A stretch of DNA of 64,000 nt from an uncultured Pseudomonadota bacterium (GTDB lineage: Bacteria > Myxococcota_A > Polyangia > Fen-1088), in NCBI GenBank assembly GCA_963847705.1, contig CAWKBC010000034.1, forward strand, positions 1 to 64,000. The letters are read 5' to 3'. The notes beneath the pieces are model-generated. The model was given only the letters and a program-made list of their open reading frames with translations, made no database searches and had not been told where the DNA came from. The translations under genes were made by a program, and so were the position numbers. Shown here one piece after another: positions 27,557 through 34,657 of the stretch (its first letter is position 1; each line of letters opens with the position of its first letter).

Positions 27557-29254
27557 ATGAAAGAGCTTGGGAAACGGACCATCCAAATCAGTTTGGCGCT
27601 TGGCGCCATCGTCGGCTTGATCGGTTGCGGTGAGGAGGCCGGCGATGTCGAGACGGGGACCCATGATCTGGGTCTCTCCTCGATCAATGGCCTCAGCTCC
27701 ATCAACGGGCTGTCGTCCATCAACGGCCTCAGCTCCATCAACGGGCTGTCGTCCATCAACGGCCTCAGCTCCATCAACGGGCTGTCGTCCATCAACGGCC
27801 TCAGCTCCATCAACGGCCTCATGACGAGCTCGGGGGGCCGCAAGACAATCTCCTACCTCGTCAAGTGTGCTCTCGCCGCCAACGACTCCCTGGTCAAGGC
27901 GGACCAGAACGGCACCAACTACACCTTCGCCGGCGGCATCGGCCTCTGCCCGGCCTGGAAGAACGGTGGCGTCTCCACCAACGCCCAGTGCATGGAGGGT
28001 GTCTCCGCCTGCATGATGGCGCACGTCAACACGGCCGGCGTCCACGTGCCGCTCTGGCTCGACTCGAATGACACCGCCATCGGCTGGGGCATCGATCGCG
28101 TCAACTTCCCGATGCAGGAAGGGACCTTCTTCGGCGACATCATGGACACAGGCCCGCTGGGCAACATCGGCAAGGCCCAGATCAAAGGCCCTCTGGCCTA
28201 CTACTGTGACGGCGCCGGCTTCCCGACCGGCTCCAGCGGCGTCGTCGCCGGACGCCTAGGCGCCAACCAGGCCGGGGCTCCCTACACGAACCCCTTCGGC
28301 AACGGCGCCACCTGCCAGAGCGTCACCAACGGGTACACCCCCATCAACACCGGGTACTTCAGCAAGGGCATCGTCGGCAGCTGCCCGCCGGGCTCCAACT
28401 CGAACCCCGCCCAGGGCTGCCCCGACGGCTACCAGTCGCTCCAGTATCCGTACGGCGCGAGCGCGGCGCCCTGGAACCACGCGATCACCGTGTGGCGCAA
28501 CAACACCTACACGCCGGTGTTCGACACCAGCTACCAGTACAGCATCTCGGCCAACGTCACCGCGGGCAACCCGATGGTGATGGACGCCGGCAGCTCACCT
28601 CTCCAGCAGTGGGCCCAGTCGGCCGGGCTCGCCACCTCCATCTTCAACATGGCGCCGAACGGGAGCAACTGGACGATCTCGCCGATGAACAGCGCCGGCA
28701 AGTGTCTGGATGCGGGCGCCGGCACCAACGGCACCGGCCTCGTGCTCAACGCCTGCAACGGCAGCGCTTCGCAGAGCTGGAACATCAAGGCCATCCCGCT
28801 GAACGGCAGCTTCAACGTCGCCGCCGCCAGCACCGGTCGCTGCATCAACGTCCGCGGCGCCAGCCCGGCCCCGGGCGCTGTCATGGAGGTCGATGACTGC
28901 AACGCCAGCTTGACCAGCCAGCAGTTCAACATCCAGGCGACCATCTATGCCGGCGACACCTCCGGCTCGACGGGCTCGACCGGCTCGACCGGCACCAACC
29001 CCTGCGCCTCGTTCTGTGCCAGCCCCACGGAGTTCCCGCAGAGCTTCGCGTCGGGTTCCATCGCCACCACCGCGGCCTGCTATGAGACCACGGCCAGCCT
29101 GGGTGGCGCGCAGCAGAGCAACATGACCGGCAGGACCTTCAGCATCAACGGCACAGCCTTCACCAGCGGCGCGCTGCCTGCCAAGGTCAACGGCGGCTAC
29201 TGCATCCAGGTCGGCGCCGGCGGCCTCAACTACGCTTCCTTCAGCACCTGGTAA
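27557..29254 (+). CDS. SSINGL-repeat lipoprotein with core, one ricin-type domain and Cys-rich C-terminal module
   Basis: Paralog of 25307..27178; ends NPCASFC...LPAKVNGGYCIQ...FSTW. Confidence 0.9.
   Translation: MKELGKRTIQISLALGAIVGLIGCGEEAGDVETGTHDLGLSSINGLSSINGLSSINGLSSINGLSSINGLSSINGLSSINGLSSINGLMTSSGGRKTISYLVKCALAANDSLVKADQNGTNYTFAGGIGLCPAWKNGGVSTNAQCMEGVSACMMAHVNTAGVHVPLWLDSNDTAIGWGIDRVNFPMQEGTFFGDIMDTGPLGNIGKAQIKGPLAYYCDGAGFPTGSSGVVAGRLGANQAGAPYTNPFGNGATCQSVTNGYTPINTGYFSKGIVGSCPPGSNSNPAQGCPDGYQSLQYPYGASAAPWNHAITVWRNNTYTPVFDTSYQYSISANVTAGNPMVMDAGSSPLQQWAQSAGLATSIFNMAPNGSNWTISPMNSAGKCLDAGAGTNGTGLVLNACNGSASQSWNIKAIPLNGSFNVAAASTGRCINVRGASPAPGAVMEVDDCNASLTSQQFNIQATIYAGDTSGSTGSTGSTGTNPCASFCASPTEFPQSFASGSIATTAACYETTASLGGAQQSNMTGRTFSINGTAFTSGALPAKVNGGYCIQVGAGGLNYASFSTW
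27671..27820 (+). repeat. Eight 18-nt coding repeats (GLSSIN)
   Basis: Counted directly in the sequence. Confidence 0.97.
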
Positions 29255-29273
29255 GCGTCGCTTTCCGCGCTCG

Positions 29274-29320
29274 ACCCGACGGCCGGCCCGCCTCGTGCGG
29301 ACCGGCCGTTCGGGTTTTTT
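29274..29320 (+). terminator. Intrinsic terminator, unit 2
   Basis: acccgacggccggcccgc...gcggaccggccgttcgggt followed by a T-tract. Confidence 0.85.
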
Positions 29321-29342
29321 GGGCTCCACCAACGCGGTGCGC

Positions 29343-29384
29343 CGTTGTTCGCGGAGCATCTCGATTGTTGTGCCGGGTGCAACG
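29343..29384. promoter_or_regulatory. Putative enhancer site pair, unit 3
   Basis: cgttgt-N7-gcatct at 29343 and tgttgt-N7-gcaacg at 29366. Confidence 0.6.
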
Positions 29385-29444
29385 CATGGGCACGGGGTTA
29401 CCCACGCAAAGCCCCGATTCCACGAATATTCGGCTAAATAATTG

Positions 29445-29462
29445 TTGGCCCGATTACTGCTT
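29445..29462 (+). promoter_or_regulatory. Sigma-54 promoter, unit 3
   Basis: ttGGcccgattactGCtt = GG-N10-GC. Confidence 0.85.
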
Positions 29463-29488
29463 TATCTTCGAGCTGTGTCGGACCGACA

Positions 29489-29571
29489 CCTTGTGAACAA
29501 ACGGCAAAACCCGAGCGATCGGGCGACGCAAAGCCAGCGGGACTCTCGCAGTCGGCCGGGCTGCCTCGAGG
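29489..29571 (+). ncRNA. GEMM / c-di-GMP-I class riboswitch, unit 3
   Basis: Same P2/P3 architecture; P1 ccttg/cgagg; discriminator G at 29503. Confidence 0.9.
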
Positions 29572-29584
29572 GGGCAATTCAAGA

Positions 29585-31237
29585 ATGAGAGAGCTTGGGA
29601 AACGAACCATCCAGATCAGCATCGCGCTCGGAGCCATCGTCGGCTTGATCGGCTGCGGTGAGCAGTCCAGCGACGTCGAGACGGGCAGCCACGATCTGGG
29701 GCTCTCCTCGATCAACGGCCTCAGCTCCATCAACGGCCTGTCGTCCATCAATGGCCTGTCATCCATCAATGGCCTCAGCTCCATCAACGGGCTGTCGTCC
29801 ATCAACGGCCTCAGCTCCATCAACGGGCTGTCGTCCATCAACGGCCTGATGACCACCTCGGCCGGCCGCAAGACGATCTCCTACCTCGTCAAGTGCGCGC
29901 TCGCCTCCAACGACACGCTCGTCAAGGCGGACCAGAACGGCACCAACTACACCTTCGCTGGTGGCTTCGGTCTTTGCCCCGCCTGGAAGAACGCCGGCGT
30001 CCACAACAGCGCCTCCTGCGAGGAGCTCGTCTCCTCCTGCATGATGGCCCACGTCAACACCGCCGGCGTCCACGTTCCGGTCTGGCTCGACACGAACAAC
30101 GCGGCCATCGGCTGGGGCATCGACAAGGTGAACTACCCCTTCCAGGAGGGATCGTTCTTCGGGAACATCATCGAGACCGGCCCCCTCTCGGGCGTCGGCA
30201 TGCCGAACGTCAGCGGCCCCGTCGGCTACTACTGCGACGGCGCCGGCTTCGCCTCCGGCACCGCGGGCGTGGTCGCCGGCCGCCTCGGCGCCAACCAGCA
30301 GAACTCCCCCTACCGCAACCCGTACGGCAACGGCACCCTCTGCAAGAACGCCCCGGCCAACGTCCCCTACTACACCTACGGCGTCGGCGGCCAGTCCGAC
30401 CCCGACGGCTACCAGAAGCTCGAGATGCCGCCCGGAAACCCCTGGAACAACGCCATCACCGTTTGGCGCAACAACAGCTACAACCCGATCTTCGACACCA
30501 GCTACCAGTACTCGCTGTCGGCGAACATCACTGGCGGCACGATGGTCATGGACGCGGGCAGCTCGCCGGTTCAGCAGTGGAACGCCTCGGCCGGTCTGGT
30601 CACCTCGGTCTTCACCATGGCCCCGAGCGGCTCGAACTGGACCATCTCGCCCATCAGCAGCCCGACGATGTGCCTCGACGCCGGCGCCGCCACCAACTCC
30701 ACCGCCGTCGTCATGTCGGGTTGCAACGGCGGCGCCTCGCAGGCCTGGAGCATCACCCCCGACGTCCAGACCGGTAACTTCTTCGTGAAGGCCTCCAACA
30801 CCGGCCGCTGCATCAACGTCCGCAACGGCAGCACCGCCGCCGGCACGGTCATGGAGGTCCTCGACTGCAACGCCACCTACACCAGCGAGAAGTTCGCCAT
30901 CCAGGCGACCGTCTACGCTGGCGACCAGACGGGCGCCGTCGTCAACACCACCAGCACATCGGGCACCAACCCCTGCGCCTCTTTTTGCTCCGGCCCGACC
31001 GTGATGGCGTCGCAGAGCGACTCGATCACGAACATCAGCACCAACGCCGTCTGCTACGAGAGCACCTACCCCCTGTCCGGCTTCAACTGCGGCAACATGA
31101 GCGGCCGTACCTTCAGCCTCAACGGCCAGACCATCACCTGCGGTGGCAACATGACCCTCCCCGCGAAGGTCAACGGCGGGTACTGCTTCCAGCTGTCCGC
31201 TGGCGGCACGACCTCCGCATACTTCGGCACCTGGTAA
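29585..31237 (+). CDS. SSINGL-repeat lipoprotein with core, one ricin-type domain and Cys-rich C-terminal module
   Basis: Third paralog; LIGC lipobox, 8x SSINGL, ends LPAKVNGGYCFQ...YFGTW. Confidence 0.9.
   Translation: MRELGKRTIQISIALGAIVGLIGCGEQSSDVETGSHDLGLSSINGLSSINGLSSINGLSSINGLSSINGLSSINGLSSINGLSSINGLMTTSAGRKTISYLVKCALASNDTLVKADQNGTNYTFAGGFGLCPAWKNAGVHNSASCEELVSSCMMAHVNTAGVHVPVWLDTNNAAIGWGIDKVNYPFQEGSFFGNIIETGPLSGVGMPNVSGPVGYYCDGAGFASGTAGVVAGRLGANQQNSPYRNPYGNGTLCKNAPANVPYYTYGVGGQSDPDGYQKLEMPPGNPWNNAITVWRNNSYNPIFDTSYQYSLSANITGGTMVMDAGSSPVQQWNASAGLVTSVFTMAPSGSNWTISPISSPTMCLDAGAATNSTAVVMSGCNGGASQAWSITPDVQTGNFFVKASNTGRCINVRNGSTAAGTVMEVLDCNATYTSEKFAIQATVYAGDQTGAVVNTTSTSGTNPCASFCSGPTVMASQSDSITNISTNAVCYESTYPLSGFNCGNMSGRTFSLNGQTITCGGNMTLPAKVNGGYCFQLSAGGTTSAYFGTW
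29699..29848 (+). repeat. Eight 18-nt coding repeats (GLSSIN)
   Basis: Counted directly; synonymous pattern differs from units 1 and 2. Confidence 0.97.
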
Positions 31238-31263
31238 GCGCCCCACTCCACGCTCCACCGAAC

Positions 31264-31302
31264 AACGGCCGGTCCGCCCCCGCGGACCGGCCGTTTCCTT
31301 TT
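31264..31302 (+). terminator. Intrinsic terminator, unit 3
   Basis: aacggccggtccgc-ccc(c)-gcggaccggccgtt followed by tcctttt. Confidence 0.85.
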
Positions 31303-31325
31303 GGGCCGGCGGCGACGCAAGGCGC

Positions 31326-31368
31326 AGTTGTTCAGAAGACAGCTCTTTCTGTTGTGCCCGGAGCAACG
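31326..31368. promoter_or_regulatory. Putative enhancer site pair, unit 4
   Basis: agttgt-N7-acagct at 31326 and tgttgt-N7-gcaacg at 31350. Confidence 0.55.
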
Positions 31369-31429
31369 CAGGGGACTGTTCTACCCACCTCGAAGCCCAG
31401 GTCATTGCCGTATATCACCAAAATAATCG

Positions 31430-31447
31430 TTGGCTTGATTACTGCTT
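31430..31447 (+). promoter_or_regulatory. Sigma-54 promoter, unit 4
   Basis: ttGGcttgattactGCtt. Confidence 0.8.
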
Positions 31448-31472
31448 TGTCGGCTGTCGTGCCGAACCGACA

Positions 31473-31553
31473 TCTGCGAACAACAGCAAAGCCCGAGCGA
31501 TCGGGCGAGGCAAAGCCAACGGGACTCTCGCAGTCGGCCGAGCTGGCTCAAGA
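31473..31553 (+). ncRNA. Divergent GEMM-class riboswitch, unit 4
   Basis: P2 and P3 retained; A at the discriminator (31485); C-to-G changes at 31509 and 31546; weak P1. Confidence 0.7.
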
Positions 31554-31565
31554 GGGGAATCGAAA

Positions 31566-31951
31566 GTGAGCGTGCTTGGAAGACGGACCATTCGGATCAG
31601 TATCGCGGTCGGAGCCATCGTCGGCCTGATCGGCTGCAGTGAGCAAGCCAGCGACGTCGGGATGGGGACCCACGATCTGGGCCTGAGCCGTGCTGAGCGG
31701 CGCCACCAGCATCGCGGCGCAGGTGAAGCTCATCGGCGCCGGGAGCAGCAATCAGGCCGCGATGTCTGCCTCCGCCACTCGAGCACCACCAACAACCACT
31801 GCGCGGCCCTCGGCCCGACGGGCTCAGCATGACTCTCGGGACGACGGTCCTCGGAACGCACACGCCCGCCGCGCTCGCCAGCAGCACTGCCGCCCAGGCG
31901 ACGACGAGCATGACCGCCTCGTTTGACGACGTCGTCTATTCGCAGCCGTAA
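31566..31951 (+). pseudogene. Internally deleted, frameshifted fourth paralog of the SSINGL lipoproteins
   Basis: GTG start and homologous leader to THDLGLS, then loss of repeats and core; out-of-frame remnant ...MTASFDDVVYSQP-TAA before the homologous terminator. Confidence 0.8.
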
Positions 31952-31971
31952 TCAGAGGCGACAGGCTCGAG

Positions 31972-32008
31972 ACGGCCGGTCCGCTCGATGCGGGCCGGCC
32001 CTTCCTTT
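31972..32008 (+). terminator. Intrinsic terminator, unit 4
   Basis: ggccggtccgc-tcgat-gcgggccggcc followed by cttccttt; homologous to the other three. Confidence 0.7.
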
Positions 32009-32028
32009 GTGCGGGCGGCTCCCTTGCG

Positions 32029-32685
32029 TCAGGCGTCAATCGCCAGGTAGGCCTGGAACGCCGGCACCGACACGAGCTCGCCCGCCGGCAACACCAGCGC
32101 CGTCAAGGAACGGCCGTACACGCAGCCGCTGTCGAGCCCCGTCGCGAATGGGTGTTGCTGCAGCCCACGGACCGCGTCGTGGCCGAACACCACGTGCTCG
32201 GGACCCTTCCAGAGGGACGCCCAGGGCGCGCCCTCGATCCGCTTCGACGGCTCCCCGTCGGCGGTGATGCTGCGGAGGTTGAGCAGATGAGCGCGCGTCT
32301 GCTGCTCGATCGGAGTCCCCGGGACCACCCCGCCGTGAACCACCAGGTAGGGGCGGTCGCCGACCCCGTCGAGACGCAGAAAGAGCGGGCGGGCCTCCAG
32401 CCAGGCGACGTCGGCGGCGCTCAGGCTCTCGGCGACTGCGCGGTGCATCGGGCTGACCCGCCGATCGCCGCGGACCGCGTGAAGCACATGCGCGTCGTGG
32501 TTGCCGAGGACCGCGTCGGCGTTCGATTCGCGCGCCCAGCGCACGACGCCGGCCGAATTGGGGCCCTTGGCCACCAGATCGCCGACCAGCACCACGCGAT
32601 CGTCGGGCGTGCGGCGTGCGGCCGCCAGCAGCGCCAGCAGCTCGTCGAGGCAGCCGTGCACGTCACCGACGACCAGCGTGCGCAT
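32029..32685 (-). CDS. Calcineurin-like metallophosphoesterase (ApaH/PrpE-like)
   Basis: GDVHG, GDLVAKGP, GNHD, VHGG, FGHD, LDSGCVYG. Confidence 0.92.
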   Translation of the reverse strand: MRTLVVGDVHGCLDELLALLAAARRTPDDRVVLVGDLVAKGPNSAGVVRWARESNADAVLGNHDAHVLHAVRGDRRVSPMHRAVAESLSAADVAWLEARPLFLRLDGVGDRPYLVVHGGVVPGTPIEQQTRAHLLNLRSITADGEPSKRIEGAPWASLWKGPEHVVFGHDAVRGLQQHPFATGLDSGCVYGRSLTALVLPAGELVSVPAFQAYLAIDA

Positions 32686-32706
32686 GACCGCCACGCCCAG
32701 GCCGGC

Positions 32707-33222
32707 CTACGACTCCGAGACGGAGATCTTGAACATCTTGACCGGCGTCTTCGGGCGATCGCCCCCGTCGCGCGGCGTCTTCGAGATCTTGTCGACCACG
32801 TCCATCCCCTCGATCACCTTGCCGAACACCGGGTGCTTGGAGGGACCGGCCGAGAACCAGTCGAGGTAGGGGTTGTCGACGACGTTGATGAAGAACTGGC
32901 AGCTGCCGCTCTGCGGCCCCTTGTTGGCCATGGAGAGCGTCCCGCGCGCGTTCGAGATCTTGGCGTTGGCCGGATGCTCGTCGGGGATCGTTCCGCTGGG
33001 GGAGTCGCCGGTTCCGGCGCGCGGGCTCTGGGGATCCTTGCTGTACGGGCAGCCGAACTGCACCATGAACTTGTCGATCACGCGATGGAAGTGCAGGCCG
33101 TCGTAAAAGCCGCTCTTGGCGAGCTTGACGAAGTTGCCGGCGGTGATGGGCATCTGATCTGCAAGCAGCTCGATCTTGATGTCGCCCAGGGAGGTGCTGA
33201 GGGTGGCAGTGGGGTTGGACAT
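32707..33222 (-). CDS. Cyclophilin-type peptidyl-prolyl cis-trans isomerase
   Basis: YDGLHFHRVI..FMVQ.G, LSMAN, QFFIN, VFGKV; start MSNPT at 33222. Confidence 0.95.
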   Translation of the reverse strand: MSNPTATLSTSLGDIKIELLADQMPITAGNFVKLAKSGFYDGLHFHRVIDKFMVQFGCPYSKDPQSPRAGTGDSPSGTIPDEHPANAKISNARGTLSMANKGPQSGSCQFFINVVDNPYLDWFSAGPSKHPVFGKVIEGMDVVDKISKTPRDGGDRPKTPVKMFKISVSES

Positions 33223-33233
33223 GGGCGGGGAGC

Positions 33234-33854
33234 TTAACGCACTTCCAGCGCCGCGACGACCTCGTCGAGCCGGTCGAACAGTCGCGCGCGCGTGCAAAGC
33301 TCCGCCAGCCGGGTGCCGCGCACGGCGAAGACTTCGTCGCAGGTCTCGGCGGCGGGAAGATCGAGCCGACCGTCGCCCAGATAGACGGTCGCATGTCCGG
33401 GATGTCGGCGGCGGAGATCCGCGACGACGTGGCTCTTGAAGTCCTCCCCGGGCGGCAGGCGCATGCCCTCCGGCAGCGAGACCTGCCATCTGCGTCCGTC
33501 GAAGGTGCCCGTGAAGGCGACGATCGGGATCTCGGGCGGCAACAGATCCTGGATGTAGAAGGTGAGCCCGTGGCTCAACACCACGAACGGCCAGCCGCGC
33601 GCGCGGCAGAGGGCGACCAGCTCGGAGAGGCCTGGGCGCAACCGCGTGTGCGCCCGGGCCTGGGCCAGCAGCGCTTCCGGCGGCTGCGCCACGTCGCCAT
33701 AGCCGCGCGCGATCATCTCGAGCGGCGTCGCCCGCCCCGCGTACGTGTCGGGGAGCAGCTCGCGCCTCCAGTCGTAGGTCAGGTGCGCGTCCCAGAACAG
33801 CGTCGTGACGTCGTCGATCGTCAGGGTCCCGTCGAAGTCAGAAACGACGATCAT
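33234..33854 (-). CDS. HAD-IB phosphatase (MtnX-like)
   Basis: MIVVSDFDGTLT, LSHG, K, GDGRLD; ATGA overlap with xth. Confidence 0.85.
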   Translation of the reverse strand: MIVVSDFDGTLTIDDVTTLFWDAHLTYDWRRELLPDTYAGRATPLEMIARGYGDVAQPPEALLAQARAHTRLRPGLSELVALCRARGWPFVVLSHGLTFYIQDLLPPEIPIVAFTGTFDGRRWQVSLPEGMRLPPGEDFKSHVVADLRRRHPGHATVYLGDGRLDLPAAETCDEVFAVRGTRLAELCTRARLFDRLDEVVAALEVR

Positions 33855-34600
33855 TTGAAGGTCGCCACCAAGGGCGCGTGATCGCTGGTGCCGATCTCGC
33901 GCTGCGAGACACAGCTCAGCACCGACTCCCAGAGGTCGCCGCTGGCGAGCAGGTAGTCGATTCGCCAGCCGATGTTGCGCTGGCGGAGGTTGCGCCAGGG
34001 GGCCCACCAGGTGAAGAGCGCCTCGTTGTCCGGCTCGCGCTCGCGCGCGACGTCGTGCAGCCCGCCTTCGGCCAAGACCCGCTCGAACAGCGCCCGCTCC
34101 TCGGGACGCTGGCCGATCGCCCGCTCGTCGCGATCCCGGCTGTTGACGTCGATCGGCGCGCGCGCGACGTTGAGATCGCCGCAGAGGATCACCTTGGTCC
34201 CCACCGCGCGCAGCCCGCCCGCGTAAGCGGCCATCGCCTCGAGAAAGCGGACCTTGGCCGCGAAGTCCTTGCCGCCGTTGGGGACGTAAATGGACGCCAC
34301 CAGCACGCCGCCGACGGTCGTGGCGGCGATGCGCGTCTCGTGGTCGAACTCGGGATGGACGAAGAGCGGACGGTCGGGGGCGAGCTCCTTGCGCACCAGC
34401 AGCGCCACGCCGGAGTACCCCTTGGTCCCGTGCCAGTAGGACCAGTATCCAGGGATGTCGCCCACGGTCTTGGGGATGTGGTCGACGGCGGCCTTGATCT
34501 CCTGCAGGCACAGCACGTCCGGCTGCTCGCGCGCCACCAGCGCGGCCACCTCATCCTGGCGCGCGCGGATGCCGTTGACGTTCCAGGTGGCGATCTTCAT
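33851..34600 (-). CDS. xth: Exodeoxyribonuclease III
   Basis: TWNVNGIR, LQEIK, GYSGVA, YVPNG, GDLN, GWRIDY, SDHAP. Confidence 0.95.
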   Translation of the reverse strand: MKIATWNVNGIRARQDEVAALVAREQPDVLCLQEIKAAVDHIPKTVGDIPGYWSYWHGTKGYSGVALLVRKELAPDRPLFVHPEFDHETRIAATTVGGVLVASIYVPNGGKDFAAKVRFLEAMAAYAGGLRAVGTKVILCGDLNVARAPIDVNSRDRDERAIGQRPEERALFERVLAEGGLHDVAREREPDNEALFTWWAPWRNLRQRNIGWRIDYLLASGDLWESVLSCVSQREIGTSDHAPLVATFK

Positions 34601-34657
34601 CGCCGGACGATTTCGCCTGTCGTCGAAGCGGAGAACATGTGCATGCTCTTCTAGCAG

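Noticed and set aside
25307-31951. Diversity-generating retroelement or invertase shufflon driving C-terminal variation
   Set aside because: No reverse transcriptase or recombinase, no TR/VR pair with adenine-only differences, and no inverted crossover sites
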